Assembly: GCA_020350785.1 (NCBI GenBank)
Contig: CP070722.1
Coordinates: 1,668,611-1,732,610, forward strand
Length of the DNA: 64,000 nt
Source of the DNA: Gemmatimonadota bacterium
GTDB lineage: Bacteria > Gemmatimonadota > Gemmatimonadetes > Palauibacterales > KS3-K002
Direction of reading: 5' to 3'
The translations under genes and the position numbers were made by a program. A model generated the notes under the pieces. The model saw nothing but the letters and a program-made list of their open reading frames with translations. It searched no databases and was not told the origin of the DNA. Shown here one piece after another: positions 17,099-27,566 of the stretch (position 1 is the first letter of the stretch; each line of letters begins with the position of its first letter).

Positions 17099-18502
17099 AT
17101 GGTGCGCTTTTCCTGGAGCAGCCAGAGCGTACGTCAGGCGCTGGGTTTGCCTGCGGTGGAGGGATCGCCGCGCACGTACACGGGTGTGTGCACCGATACG
17201 CGGGTCGTACGCCCGGGCGAGTTGTTCGTCGCGTTGACGGGAGAGCATTTCGACGGTGCGGACTTCGTGGGTGATGCCGCCAAGGCGGGCGCCCGCGGGG
17301 CAGTGGTGGAGCGATGCACGGCGGAGTTTCCGGTCGAACTGGAGCTCTTCTTGGTGGACGACGCGCTGCGCGCTCTCGGTGACCTTGCGGCGCTGCGGCG
17401 CCGCGCGCTGGGACCGACGGTGATCGGAATAACCGGGACCAGCGGAAAGACCACGACGCGGGTGATCACGGCCGCTGCGTTGGGTCCGGAGGCGTACGGG
17501 AGTCCGGGCAACTACAACAATCTCGTCGGGCTGCCTTTGTCGATTCTGCGGGCGCCCGAGGCCGCAGCGATCTGGGTGCTGGAGATCGCATCCAACCAGC
17601 CCGGAGAAGTTGAGCGGCTGGGCCGGGTCGCGGAGCCGGAGTACGGAGTTGTGACCTCTGTGAGCGAGGGTCATCTGGAGGGGCTCGGCGATCTGCGAGG
17701 TGTGCTGGACGAGAAGCTGTCGCTGCTCTCGACGATGAGAGCTGATGGTCATTCGTTCGTGGCGGACCAGCCGGCGGAACTGGCGTCGCGGGCCCGGGAG
17801 ATTCGCCCCCAAACCAGGACTGTCGGACTGGAGAGGGGCGCAGACGTGCATCCCGATAGCTGGTCACTGACGCGTGATGGGGTAAGCTGGCGCTGGCAGG
17901 GTGTCGAGTTCGGGCTGGCCGGGCACGGCCTACACTTGATTCGCGATGCGATGTTCGCGCTGGCCATTGCCGATCGCTTGGGGCTTGATTTGGTGGAGGT
18001 TTCCGCGCGCGTCAGGGGCGCCTCTCTGCCGCCAATGAGAGGTGAGATTCGGCAACTCGACGGTCTGACGTTGCTGGTTGACTGCTATAACGCGAACCCA
18101 GCCTCATTCCGGGCCGCTATCGAGACACTCACCGCGCTTGCCGAAGGTCGCCGTCGAGCGGCGCTCGTTGGCACGATGCTGGAGCTGGGAGGCCGGGCCG
18201 GTGAACTGCATGAGCAGGTTGCAGCGTGGCTTGTGGATGCTGGCATCGAGATCATCGCGGCGGTGGGAGAGTTTGCGGCGCCTCTGTCGCGGCTGCGGGC
18301 CTCCTACCCCGGTCGGGTCATTCTGGAGGAGGATGTGATCGCCGCGTACGGAGCGCTGGCGGCCGAACTGCGTGGCGACGAGGTCGTTCTGGTCAAGGCT
18401 TCGCGCGGGATGCGATTCGAACGGACGCTGTCGTTTTTTGGGCGCGACTTCGGCGGTCAGGGAGATCTGGAGATCGACGGGTCAGGAGCTAGCGAGGCCT
18501 AG
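17099..18502 (+). CDS. murF: UDP-N-acetylmuramoyl-tripeptide--D-alanyl-D-alanine ligase MurF
   Basis: GITGTSGKTTT motif and Mur ligase architecture. Starts immediately after the murE stop. Confidence 0.9.
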   Translation: MVRFSWSSQSVRQALGLPAVEGSPRTYTGVCTDTRVVRPGELFVALTGEHFDGADFVGDAAKAGARGAVVERCTAEFPVELELFLVDDALRALGDLAALRRRALGPTVIGITGTSGKTTTRVITAAALGPEAYGSPGNYNNLVGLPLSILRAPEAAAIWVLEIASNQPGEVERLGRVAEPEYGVVTSVSEGHLEGLGDLRGVLDEKLSLLSTMRADGHSFVADQPAELASRAREIRPQTRTVGLERGADVHPDSWSLTRDGVSWRWQGVEFGLAGHGLHLIRDAMFALAIADRLGLDLVEVSARVRGASLPPMRGEIRQLDGLTLLVDCYNANPASFRAAIETLTALAEGRRRAALVGTMLELGGRAGELHEQVAAWLVDAGIEIIAAVGEFAAPLSRLRASYPGRVILEEDVIAAYGALAAELRGDEVVLVKASRGMRFERTLSFFGRDFGGQGDLEIDGSGASEA

Positions 18503-18503
18503 A

Positions 18504-19610
18504 GTGCTGTACGAGCTACTGTTTCCGCTGGCCGATCGCCATATCGTCTTCAACCTGTTCCAGTACATCACGTTCAGGGCGGGCGGAGCCATGCTCACCG
18601 CCCTGCTGATCGCTTTTGTCACGGGTCCGTCGATTCTCTCGTGGCTGAGAAGCCGCGGGGTTGGGCAGGTAATAAGGTTGGATGGCCCCCACGCCCATCT
18701 AGGCAAAGCGGGCACGCCGACGATGGGTGGTCTGATCATCCTGGCCGCGGTTGTGCTGCCGACGGTAGTGTGGGCGCGGCTGGACAACACCTATGTTCTG
18801 ACCGGCCTGGGACTGACCACGGCGATGGGGGTTTTGGGTTTCATCGATGACTACTTAAAGGTCGTTCGTCGCCAGTCCCGCGGTTTGGTGGCCCGCTACA
18901 AGTTCGTCGGCCAATTCGTCCTCGGCTTGCTCTTGGGTTTCCTGATTTGGCAATTCCCGTTGAGCGAATACCCGCCGAATCACACGACGCTGCCCTTCTT
19001 CAAGGAGCTGCGACTCGTGATTTGGGCGCCGCTGTTCATCCCATTCGTCGCGGTGGTCGTGACTGGCAGCGCGAACGCGGTGAACCTGACTGATGGTCTG
19101 GACGGGCTGGCGGCGGGTCTTGCCGCCATCGCCGGCAGTACGTTTGGCCTTTTCGCCTATCTCATAGGCCGCGTCGATGCTTCTCAGTATCTGGGACTGT
19201 TCTACTTGCCGGGAATAGGCGAGCTATCTGTATTCTGCGCGGCGCTGGCCGGTGGCGCTTTGGGGTTTTTGTGGTTCAACAGTCACCCCGCGGAAGTGTT
19301 CATGGGTGACACGGGCTCGCTGGCGCTGGGTGGAGCACTGGGTGCCGTGGCGGTACTGATCAAGGGCGAGTTCTTGTTGTTGATCATCGGTGCGGTATTC
19401 GTGGCCGAGGCTATGTCGGTGATACTGCAAACCAGTTGGTTCAAGTACACCCGGAGGCGATACGGAAAAGGTCAGCGGATCTTCCGAATGGCGCCACTGC
19501 ATCACCATTTCGAGCAGCTCGGGTGGTCAGAATCGAAAGTGGTCGTGCGATTCTGGATCGTGGGAATCCTGGCTGCCTTGATAGCGCTCAGCACGCTGAA
19601 GGTGCGGTGA
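18504..19610 (+). CDS. mraY: Phospho-N-acetylmuramoyl-pentapeptide transferase MraY
   Basis: GTG start just after the murF TAG. Multi-TM protein with NAVNLTDGLDGLA and MGDTGSLALGG motifs. Confidence 0.9.
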   Translation: MLYELLFPLADRHIVFNLFQYITFRAGGAMLTALLIAFVTGPSILSWLRSRGVGQVIRLDGPHAHLGKAGTPTMGGLIILAAVVLPTVVWARLDNTYVLTGLGLTTAMGVLGFIDDYLKVVRRQSRGLVARYKFVGQFVLGLLLGFLIWQFPLSEYPPNHTTLPFFKELRLVIWAPLFIPFVAVVVTGSANAVNLTDGLDGLAAGLAAIAGSTFGLFAYLIGRVDASQYLGLFYLPGIGELSVFCAALAGGALGFLWFNSHPAEVFMGDTGSLALGGALGAVAVLIKGEFLLLIIGAVFVAEAMSVILQTSWFKYTRRRYGKGQRIFRMAPLHHHFEQLGWSESKVVVRFWIVGILAALIALSTLKVR

Positions 19611-20989
19611 TGGTACGTCTTGCCTGGTCTGAGCTCCGCGTGGGAGTGCTCGGCCTTGGACGCAGCGGGCGGGCCGCGGCGCGGCTTCTGAGGAGAGCCG
19701 GTGCTTCGGTCTATGCCAGCGATGCGGCGGATTCAGGCGAATTGCGGTCGGCGGCGCGCGAACTCCGTTCCGAGGGGGTGAATGTCGATCTGGGTCGCCA
19801 TGACCGCTCCGCCCTGGCTGACTGCGATCTGCTGGTGGCCAGTCCTGGGATTCCACCCACCGCCGAGGTTTTCGGTTGGCCGGAGGTGAAGTCTCTTCGT
19901 GTGATATCTGAACTGGAGCTGGCATTCGCGTTTCTGGCGGCCCCGATCATCGCCGTCACCGGGACGAACGGAAAGACGACTACGACGGCCTGGATCGGCG
20001 AGGTTTTGCGGCGCGGCGGTGTGCGTGTCGGTGTGGGCGGCAATATCGGACGAGCCTTGTCGGAATTGGCCGCGGATCGTGAGGCTGGCTACGAGTGGGT
20101 CGTGGCGGAGGTCAGCTCTTTTCAGTTGGCTCAAATCGAGCGCTTCAATCCAGCCATCGGAGTCCTTCTCAACCTGTGTCCGGATCATCTTGATCGCTAC
20201 GAAGATGTGAACCTGTACTACGCGGATAAGGCAAGGCTGTTCGCGAATGCGAGTCCCGAGAGCCGCTGGGTGCTGAACGGTGAGGATCTGGAGGTCCGAC
20301 GTATGGCGGAGGGGCGACTTGGGCGGGCCACCTGCTTCTGGGTCGCTACGCCGCCGACCGGAGACGAAGACGCGGCCTTTCTCGCGCGGGGTAGGATCTT
20401 GGTGGCGCGGATGGAAGGAAGAGAGATAGAGCTCTTGGCCAGAGACGAGCTGAAACTCCTGGGCACGCACAATGTGGCGAACGCGCTCGCCGCGGCACTG
20501 GTCGCGCTCTATGTGCGAGTTCCGCTCGAGGCGATACGGGAGGGACTGCGCGAGTTCGAGCCCTTGCCTCACCGGCTTCAGCCGGTAGCGGAGTATGGCG
20601 GAGTCCTCTGGATCAACGATTCCAAGGCCACCAACGTTGCTTCGACACGAGTGGCTCTGCAGGCGATGGACCGTCCGGTCGTTCTCCTGCTGGGAGGTCG
20701 CCCGAAGGGGCAGTCCTTTGCCGGGTTGACAGGCGACCTGACGGGGCGCGTCAAAGCCGTCGTCGCCTACGGCGAAGCGGGGGAGCAGATCGAAGAGGAG
20801 TTGGGGAAACGGGTTCGGGTGGTCAGGGTGGAGGGTTCGCTGGAGGACGTGGTCGATTGCGCTGCGCGGTTGACTGAGCCCGGAGATGCCGTGTTGCTCG
20901 CCCCAGCATGCGCAAGCTTCGACATGTTCCACGACTACGAGGAGCGCGGTTCGGTCTTCACCCGACTGGTCAGCGAGGCGGCAGCATGA
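19610..20989 (+). CDS. murD: UDP-N-acetylmuramoylalanine--D-glutamate ligase MurD
   Basis: VGVLGLGRSGRAAARLL Rossmann motif, VTGTNGKTTTTAWI and DSKATN. The ATG overlaps the mraY TGA. Confidence 0.9.
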   Translation: MVRLAWSELRVGVLGLGRSGRAAARLLRRAGASVYASDAADSGELRSAARELRSEGVNVDLGRHDRSALADCDLLVASPGIPPTAEVFGWPEVKSLRVISELELAFAFLAAPIIAVTGTNGKTTTTAWIGEVLRRGGVRVGVGGNIGRALSELAADREAGYEWVVAEVSSFQLAQIERFNPAIGVLLNLCPDHLDRYEDVNLYYADKARLFANASPESRWVLNGEDLEVRRMAEGRLGRATCFWVATPPTGDEDAAFLARGRILVARMEGREIELLARDELKLLGTHNVANALAAALVALYVRVPLEAIREGLREFEPLPHRLQPVAEYGGVLWINDSKATNVASTRVALQAMDRPVVLLLGGRPKGQSFAGLTGDLTGRVKAVVAYGEAGEQIEEELGKRVRVVRVEGSLEDVVDCAARLTEPGDAVLLAPACASFDMFHDYEERGSVFTRLVSEAAA

Positions 20990-22134
20990 GAGACCTTGCA
21001 GCCACCCTGACGGTCGAAGCCTACGTGCCAGCCGCGGGCAGTGCCCGGCGTGATGCCGGCATGGTGTTGGCCATTACGGTGTTCTTCGTGTTGGTCGGTT
21101 TGCTCACGGTTTACAGCGCCAGTTCCTTCCTGGCTCAGAGCAAGGGTCTACCGGACCACTACTTTCTGCGTCAACAGGCGAGCAGAGCTTTAGTCGGCCT
21201 GGTCGTACTATACGTTCTTGCCCGGGTGGATTACCGAATCTACCGCCGACTCGCATGGCCGCTACTCGGTTTGACAGCCGCGGCGCTTCTGGTGCTCGTC
21301 CTTCCGGGGACGGAGGCGATCGCGCCGTCTCGCAACGGCGCGCGCAGGTGGCTCGAGATCGGCGTGACGGTGCAGCCGTCGGAGGCAGCCAAGCTGGTGA
21401 TGATCATCTGGGCGGCGGCGCTGGCCGCGAAGAAAGGCGAGCGGGTCAGGAGTCTGCGTTGGGGACTTGCGGCGTTCGGTGTCGTTTACATGGCGATCGC
21501 CTTCCTCATCATGCTCGAGCCCGATCTTTCGTCGGCGGCATTGATCGGCCTGCTGTGCGCCATAGTGTTGTTCACGGCAGGTGCGAGGATCGGTCATTTC
21601 ATTCTCTTGGGGCTGCTGGCAGTGCCGATCCTCTGGGAGTATGTACAGGCGGCCAGCTATCGAATGAATCGGCTCGTCACCTTCTTGAACCCGGGGTCCG
21701 ACCCGACCGGTGTCGGCCACCAGTTGAAGCAGTCGTTGATCGCGGTCGGATCGGGCGGCCTGTTCGGTGTCGGCTATGGAGAGAGCGCACAGAAGTACGA
21801 CTTCTTGCCTGAGCTGCACAACGACTTCGCCTTCGCGATCATCGCCGAGGAGTGGGGACTGATCGGCGTCGTGACCGTCGTTTTGGCGCTGGCGGCGTTC
21901 GGGTTTATGGGGCTTCGGATTGCACGGCGAGCGCCGGATGCTTTCGGGTTCCTGCTGGCCGTCGGACTTACGGCTCAGATCGTGATCGGTGCGCTGATTC
22001 ATATGGGAGTGACGTTAGGTCTGCTGCCCACGACCGGGATCACGTTCCCTTTCATCAGCTTTGGAGGCTCGAGCCTGGTCGTGTCTCTAGCGGCGGTCGG
22101 GATACTGCTGAACATCGGAAGCTGGCGAGCGTGA
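20986..22134 (+). CDS. ftsW: Peptidoglycan glycosyltransferase FtsW (SEDS family)
   Basis: 10-TM SEDS pattern (LLTVYSASS..., PSEAAKL, HNDFAFAIIAEEWG, PFISFGGSS). Overlaps murD stop. Confidence 0.9.
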   Translation: MRDLAATLTVEAYVPAAGSARRDAGMVLAITVFFVLVGLLTVYSASSFLAQSKGLPDHYFLRQQASRALVGLVVLYVLARVDYRIYRRLAWPLLGLTAAALLVLVLPGTEAIAPSRNGARRWLEIGVTVQPSEAAKLVMIIWAAALAAKKGERVRSLRWGLAAFGVVYMAIAFLIMLEPDLSSAALIGLLCAIVLFTAGARIGHFILLGLLAVPILWEYVQAASYRMNRLVTFLNPGSDPTGVGHQLKQSLIAVGSGGLFGVGYGESAQKYDFLPELHNDFAFAIIAEEWGLIGVVTVVLALAAFGFMGLRIARRAPDAFGFLLAVGLTAQIVIGALIHMGVTLGLLPTTGITFPFISFGGSSLVVSLAAVGILLNIGSWRA

Positions 22135-22138
22135 CTAC

Positions 22139-23278
22139 GTGGGATACCGAGCGATCGTTGCCGGCGGCGGAACAGGCGGGCACCTCTACCCGGCCCTCAA
22201 TTTGGCCGCTGCCCTGGAGCGCCGAAGTATGGGTTCGCTGGAGGTCCTGCTGGTCGGAGCCGAACGCGGGATCGAGTCGCGAGTGTTGCCTGACAAAGGG
22301 GTGGATCACCGTCTGCTACCGTTGCAGCCGATTTATCGGAGTCGGCCTTGGCGCAACTGGCGAACCCTGGTCTCGGCGTTTGCGGTTGCCCGCGATATCA
22401 AGACTCTGTTCGCGAGCTTCGCTCCAAACCTGGTCGTGGGCACGGGTGGCTATGTGGCGGGTCCAGTCGTTGCTTGGGCTGCGGCGCGGAATCTTCCCAC
22501 GGCGATCCAGGAGCAGAACAGTTATCCCGGAGTCACCACGCGTTGGTTGGCACCGTACGTCGATCAGATTCACCTGGGCTACGCGGAGGCCATGAGATAT
22601 CTACTCCCCGGCCGGACCACCGAAGTCCGGGCGCACGGCGTTCCCATTGGCTGGCCTGAACAACGGCCGGAACCGCAAGCCGTGCGCCGCCAGTTCGCCC
22701 TGAGGGCGGGGCGATTAGTGCTGGCAGCGGGTGGAAGCCAGGGTTCGGCTTCGCTGAACGCTGCACTGTTGGCTGGTCTCGAAGCCGCAAGCCGCGGCGA
22801 TCTGCCAGGCTTGCCGCCCGAGACTCAGCTGCTCTGGTCGACCGGGCCGGCTCACCACGATGCGGTGAGCCGCCGCCTAGACGAACTGAAGGTGGGTCCC
22901 GAGGTGACGGCACTATCCTATATCGACGGGATGGAGAAGGTGCTCTCGCTGGCAACGCTGGCGGTTTCGCGAGCCGGTGCCGTTACGCTGGCTGAGTACT
23001 GTGCGTGGGGTGTCCCCTCCGTGCTGGTGCCGCTGCCGCACGCTACCGCACAGCACCAACTGCACAACGCGCGGGCTCTGGCCGCGGCGGGAGCGGCGCT
23101 GGTCGTAGAGGAGGGCGAGCTGGGAGAGTCTCCGGAGCTGCTATGGAGGGAGCTAATCGGGCTGCTGAGTTCGGAGGCCAGGCTCGAACGAATGGGCGCG
23201 GCGGCGCGGAGGAGGGGCAATCCAGATGCAGCCGATCGCATAGCCGATGACCTTTGGCGTCTGTTGGAGGATCGTTGA
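22139..23278 (+). CDS. murG: UDP-GlcNAc--MurNAc-pentapeptide GlcNAc transferase MurG
   Basis: IVAGGGTGGHLYPAL N-terminal G-loop motif and GT28 C-terminal domain. Likely GTG start. Confidence 0.9.
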   Translation: MGYRAIVAGGGTGGHLYPALNLAAALERRSMGSLEVLLVGAERGIESRVLPDKGVDHRLLPLQPIYRSRPWRNWRTLVSAFAVARDIKTLFASFAPNLVVGTGGYVAGPVVAWAAARNLPTAIQEQNSYPGVTTRWLAPYVDQIHLGYAEAMRYLLPGRTTEVRAHGVPIGWPEQRPEPQAVRRQFALRAGRLVLAAGGSQGSASLNAALLAGLEAASRGDLPGLPPETQLLWSTGPAHHDAVSRRLDELKVGPEVTALSYIDGMEKVLSLATLAVSRAGAVTLAEYCAWGVPSVLVPLPHATAQHQLHNARALAAAGAALVVEEGELGESPELLWRELIGLLSSEARLERMGAAARRRGNPDAADRIADDLWRLLEDR

Positions 23279-24693
23279 GGCCTAATACGGAACTGGCACG
23301 GTTGGTAGAACGGGGGGCCCCGATCCACCTGTTGGGAATCGGCGGCGCCGGCATGGCGAGCCTGGCGCTGCTACTTCAGGCGCGGGGAGCACGCGTAAGC
23401 GGTTGTGACCAGGAGCTCAGCGACATGACGGCGGACCTGGAGCGCCGGGGGATCTCGGTCGAGCGCGGTCACAGCCCTGAGCATGCGGCGGCTGTGGAGG
23501 CGCTCGTCTATACGGCCGCTATTCCGGAAGATCATCCCGAGTTGCGGGCGGCCCGGGAGCGCGGATTGCCGGCGATCAAACGCAGCAGTGCCCTCGGCGA
23601 GCTGGCCAACGCCGGCAGGCTGGTAGCCGTCGCCGGCACGCATGGGAAAACCACGACGACGGCTCTGACGGCGATGGCGCTCGAAGCGGCGGGTGTGGAC
23701 CCGGTAGCCTTGGTGGGCGGCCGGGTGCCCGCCTGGGGTGGCAACGCCCGCATAGGCGGCGGCCAGACTTTCGTGGTCGAGGCAGACGAGTACGATCGCT
23801 CTTTCCTCGCGCTCTGGCCGCTAATCGCGGTCGTGACCTCGGTAGAGCCGGAGCACCTCGACACCTATGGAAGCACAGAAGAGATGGAGGCGGCGTTCGA
23901 CAACTTCGTGAGCCGGGTACCGGATGAAGGCCGTGTGGTCGTCTGCACAGATGATCCGGGCGCTCGTCGCAGGTTGCGGCTGGTCGGACAAAGAGGTCTC
24001 TCCTACGGATTGCGGAGTGACGCAGATCTGCGGGCGGAGCATATCGACCATGCGGTGGACCGCACACATTTCTCCGCCAGCTGGCGAGGAGAGCCGATCG
24101 GGTCATTCGAGCTCCTGCTGCGAGGAGAGCACAACGTTAGAAACGCGCTGGCCTCACTCGGCGTCTTGCTGGCCATGGATATCGAGCCGGGGGTGGCGGC
24201 GGGGGCGCTGGCGGGCTTCGGCGGAGTCGAACGACGATTCCAGAAGTTGGGGGAGGCGGGTGGGATCACGGTGATCGACGACTACGCACACCACCCGACG
24301 GAGGTAGCGGCGACGCTCGATACAGCGAAGCTGGTCTTCAAGGATCAGCGTTTGGTGGCCGCGTTTCAACCGCACCTCTACAGCCGGACCGCCGCTTTCG
24401 CCGTTGAATTCGGCAAGGCGTTGGCACGGGCTGACGTGGTGTTCGTCACGGATGTCTATCGGGCCCGCGAGGCTCCGATTCCGGGTGTCACCGGTGAACT
24501 GGTCGCAACGGCCGCGCGCGCGCAGCGGGGCGGAGATGGTGTGCGCTACCGGGAGAACCTGGCGGCGCTTAGAGCGGCCCTGAGAGAGGAGCTGCGGGCT
24601 GGCGACGTGCTGATCACGCTTGGGGCGGGCGACATCGGACAAATGGCGCACGTCTTGTTCGACGAGCTTAGGCGGAGTCATGTGGATGCGTGA
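23254..24693 (+). CDS. murC: UDP-N-acetylmuramate--L-alanine ligase MurC
   Basis: IHLLGIGGAGMASLALLL, AVAGTHGKTTTTAL and the Mur ligase C-terminal domain. Confidence 0.9.
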   Translation: MASVGGSLRPNTELARLVERGAPIHLLGIGGAGMASLALLLQARGARVSGCDQELSDMTADLERRGISVERGHSPEHAAAVEALVYTAAIPEDHPELRAARERGLPAIKRSSALGELANAGRLVAVAGTHGKTTTTALTAMALEAAGVDPVALVGGRVPAWGGNARIGGGQTFVVEADEYDRSFLALWPLIAVVTSVEPEHLDTYGSTEEMEAAFDNFVSRVPDEGRVVVCTDDPGARRRLRLVGQRGLSYGLRSDADLRAEHIDHAVDRTHFSASWRGEPIGSFELLLRGEHNVRNALASLGVLLAMDIEPGVAAGALAGFGGVERRFQKLGEAGGITVIDDYAHHPTEVAATLDTAKLVFKDQRLVAAFQPHLYSRTAAFAVEFGKALARADVVFVTDVYRAREAPIPGVTGELVATAARAQRGGDGVRYRENLAALRAALREELRAGDVLITLGAGDIGQMAHVLFDELRRSHVDA

Positions 24694-25573
24694 TGTACCG
24701 CTGGCGGGCCTGACGCGCTGGAAGATCGGCGGGCCGGCGCCGGCCTTTGCGAGGGCGCGAACGGAGCTGGAGCTGCGTGATCTCTTAGCCGAGCTCGGGG
24801 AGGGACCGGTTCTGGTAATGGGGAGCGGAGCGAACTTGCTGATCGCCGACGAAGGCTCGGGTTGCCCCGTCTTGGTTCTTGACGGTGAATTCAAGACGTT
24901 CGATCTGGCGGAGCAGAGCATCCGTTGTGGCGCCGCGGCGTTGATTTCGTCCGTGGTTCAGGCCGCACGGCGCGCTGGACGTGGGGGCCTCTGGATTCTT
25001 GAGGCAGTGCCAGGGACGATGGGTGGCGCGCTGCGCATGAACGCGGGCACTCCCGAGGAGGGGATCTGGGAACGAGTTCTCTGGGCCGAGATCATGCGGC
25101 GCGACGGCCGGTTGGATCGGGTCCAGCGCGAAGATGTCGAGCCGCGCTACCGGGGGATCGACCTTGATCCCTCGGCGATCTTCCTGCGAACCGAGATCTC
25201 GGCGCCGCCAGGCGACGCTGGACGTGTCGAGGAGGAGCACGCGCGGCGTCGGGAAGCGAAGCTCAAGGCGCAGGTTTACGACCAACCCACGTGCGGGTCG
25301 ACATGGAAGAACCCGGAAGCGCCCTCTCCTTCGGCCTGGCAACTGGTGGACCGTGTCGGGATGCGAGGGGCCAGGCGCGGTGGCGCACAGGTATCGCCGA
25401 AGCACGCCAACTTCATCGTGAACCTCGGGGGCGCGCGCGCCGCTGACGTGGTCGAGCTGATGATTGAGACGCGCCGTCGTGTGCTGAGCGAGACGGGCAT
25501 CGCGCTGGAGCCCGAGATTCAGTTCTGGGGATTCTCCGAGGATGTTCTCAGGCAGCTGGGGGTGGCGGCGTGA
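24680..25573 (+). CDS. murB: UDP-N-acetylenolpyruvoylglucosamine reductase MurB
   Basis: FAD-binding PCMH pattern (TRWKIGGPA...GSGANLL...GTMGGALRMNAG) and C-terminal CGSTWKNP. The ATG 24680 overlaps the murC end. Confidence 0.85.
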   Translation: MWMRDVPLAGLTRWKIGGPAPAFARARTELELRDLLAELGEGPVLVMGSGANLLIADEGSGCPVLVLDGEFKTFDLAEQSIRCGAAALISSVVQAARRAGRGGLWILEAVPGTMGGALRMNAGTPEEGIWERVLWAEIMRRDGRLDRVQREDVEPRYRGIDLDPSAIFLRTEISAPPGDAGRVEEEHARRREAKLKAQVYDQPTCGSTWKNPEAPSPSAWQLVDRVGMRGARRGGAQVSPKHANFIVNLGGARAADVVELMIETRRRVLSETGIALEPEIQFWGFSEDVLRQLGVAA

Positions 25574-26322
25574 AGGGACGGAGCGCGCTTCCCTGGGTCG
25601 CTTTCCTGACGGGAATGGTGATTGTCGCCGGAGGAATCGCGGGGACGCACTGGGGTCGCAGGCTGCTGACCCGCGTCGATTACTTCGACGTTCGCCGAGT
25701 TGAAGTCGTGGGCACGCGCTGGGTCGCGCCGGACGCCCTACTGGAACTGGCGGCCATCCGCGGGGGTCGTTCGGTCTGGGAGGATTATACGGATGTTGAA
25801 ATGCGGCTGGTCGAGCATCCGCTGATCGATGAGGCACAAGTGAGGCGTGCGGGCTGGCGTTCGTTGCGCATTGTCGTACGTGAGACTGAACCGGTGGCTT
25901 TCGTTGGAGTGCCCGAGCTCCGCGCGGTGCACGGGGACGGGACCGTGATTCCGCTGGATCTCGCCGGCACCGAGCTCGATTTGCCCCTAATCACTGAAGA
26001 GGCTTCACTGGCTGAGGATTCGAGTCGCGTGGTGGCGGGGCCGGCGCTAGAAGCACTGGAGATTTTCGTCAGCTTGAACGAACTGGATCCAGGACTGGGC
26101 GGGGTAGTATCCGATTTCGGTTTAGCGCAAGGGGCGGGGTTGTGGGTGAATCTGGTGGCCTCGCAGCCCGCCCGGCGTTTGGCGCTACCGGATCGGGTTG
26201 ACGAGAGGCTTGTACGACGTATCCGGGCGACGCTTGACGATCTGCGGAGGCGCGGCATAGCGGCCGACCTGATCGAGGCGCGCTTTGCGGGAATCATCGT
26301 GGTGCGGAGAGAACGGCTATGA
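25570..26322 (+). CDS. ftsQ: Cell division protein FtsQ (POTRA)
   Basis: N-terminal TM then POTRA-like VRRVEVVGTRWVAPDALLE. Sits in the canonical position between murB and ftsA; the start and stop overlap both neighbours. Confidence 0.8.
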   Translation: MKGRSALPWVAFLTGMVIVAGGIAGTHWGRRLLTRVDYFDVRRVEVVGTRWVAPDALLELAAIRGGRSVWEDYTDVEMRLVEHPLIDEAQVRRAGWRSLRIVVRETEPVAFVGVPELRAVHGDGTVIPLDLAGTELDLPLITEEASLAEDSSRVVAGPALEALEIFVSLNELDPGLGGVVSDFGLAQGAGLWVNLVASQPARRLALPDRVDERLVRRIRATLDDLRRRGIAADLIEARFAGIIVVRRERL

Positions 26323-27557
26323 TTGCGACACCCTACCTGATTGGGGCGCTAGACATCGGATCGACGAAGACGTGCGCCGTGCTTGGCGAGCTGCTGCTCA
26401 GCGGTGACGGCCCAGCCCAGGTCAAGATACTGGGTGTGGGGCAGGTCAAGCCGAATGGTGTTCGCCGCGATGCGGTGAGCAACCTGGAGGAGACGACCGA
26501 GGAAATTCGCCAGGCGCTCAAGCAGGCCGAGCTGATGGCAGGTGTTCAGCCCAGGGGCCTATATGTGGGGATCTCCGCTGACTACGTTCAGACGAGCACG
26601 TCGAATGGTGTCGTGGCGATCGGAGCGGATGAGATCGATGAAGATGATCTCGATCGAGTACACGAAGTTGCCCGCGCCGTTGTCGTGCCGCCCGACCGCG
26701 AGCTGCTGCATGTAATCCCACAGGATTACTCCGTCGATCATCGGGGTGGTATCCAGTACCCTGTCGGGATGTTGGGCACCAGGTTGGAGGCAGAAGTTTT
26801 CATGGTACTCGGTTCTGGGGCGGCCGCGCGCAACTTGCGCAAGGCCGTATCACGGGCTGGATACGAGGTCGTTCAGCTGGTGCTCAATCCGCTGGCAGCG
26901 GGGTTGGCCGTCTTGACGCCGGAGGAGCGCGAAGTCGGGACCGCGGTTGTCACGATTGGGGGCAGGATGACCGAGATCGCGATCTTTCACGAGGGCAAGA
27001 TCAGGCACGTGACGGTCGTACCCTGCGGGGGAGTGAGTTTCACAAACGACTTGGTGAAGGGTCTGGGCATCCCATATGCCGAGGCGGAGAAGGTCAAGGA
27101 GCGGCATGGCGTAGCGACCACGCGGCTTGCCGATTCGGAACAGACGATCGATGTGCCGGGCCCGGCACCGGGCGCGCGAAAGCACATGCCCAAGGAACTG
27201 GTAGCGCACATCATCGAACAGCGGATGGATGAGGTCCTGTCGCTGGTGCTTCAGGAGATCGAGCGTGCTGGTTTCTCCAATCGCCTGGGTGGCGGCGTGG
27301 TGCTGACGGGTGGGGGGGCCAGCCTGGAGGGGACACTGGAGGTAGCGCACTCGGTGTTCACGATGCCGGTGCGGTGTGGCGCACCGGGCGATGGTCTCAG
27401 CGGGTTGGCCGACTCAGTCCGTCGGCCGAAGTTCGCGACGGCTGCGGGGCTACTGCTGTTCGGCGCAGGTCGAATACGAGAGGGTCTTGGAAACGGGCGG
27501 GGTTCGACGCTACGAGCGCTCGCCAGAGTCGGGGGCTGGTTGAGGGAGTTCTTTTAA
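26319..27557 (+). CDS. ftsA: Cell division protein FtsA
   Basis: Actin-fold motifs LIGALDIGSTKTCAVLG, VLTGGGASLEG. Confidence 0.9.
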   Translation: MIATPYLIGALDIGSTKTCAVLGELLLSGDGPAQVKILGVGQVKPNGVRRDAVSNLEETTEEIRQALKQAELMAGVQPRGLYVGISADYVQTSTSNGVVAIGADEIDEDDLDRVHEVARAVVVPPDRELLHVIPQDYSVDHRGGIQYPVGMLGTRLEAEVFMVLGSGAAARNLRKAVSRAGYEVVQLVLNPLAAGLAVLTPEEREVGTAVVTIGGRMTEIAIFHEGKIRHVTVVPCGGVSFTNDLVKGLGIPYAEAEKVKERHGVATTRLADSEQTIDVPGPAPGARKHMPKELVAHIIEQRMDEVLSLVLQEIERAGFSNRLGGGVVLTGGGASLEGTLEVAHSVFTMPVRCGAPGDGLSGLADSVRRPKFATAAGLLLFGAGRIREGLGNGRGSTLRALARVGGWLREFF

Positions 27558-27566
27558 GGGGAGGGG

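Noticed and set aside
19733-20932. 399-aa ORF on the minus strand spanning murD
   Set aside because: It is antisense to a high-confidence Mur ligase, with no recognisable motifs and a low-complexity Arg/Pro/Gly-rich translation typical of GC-rich antisense frames.
24785-25837. 350-aa minus-strand ORF across murB/ftsQ
   Set aside because: It is antisense to two conserved dcw genes.
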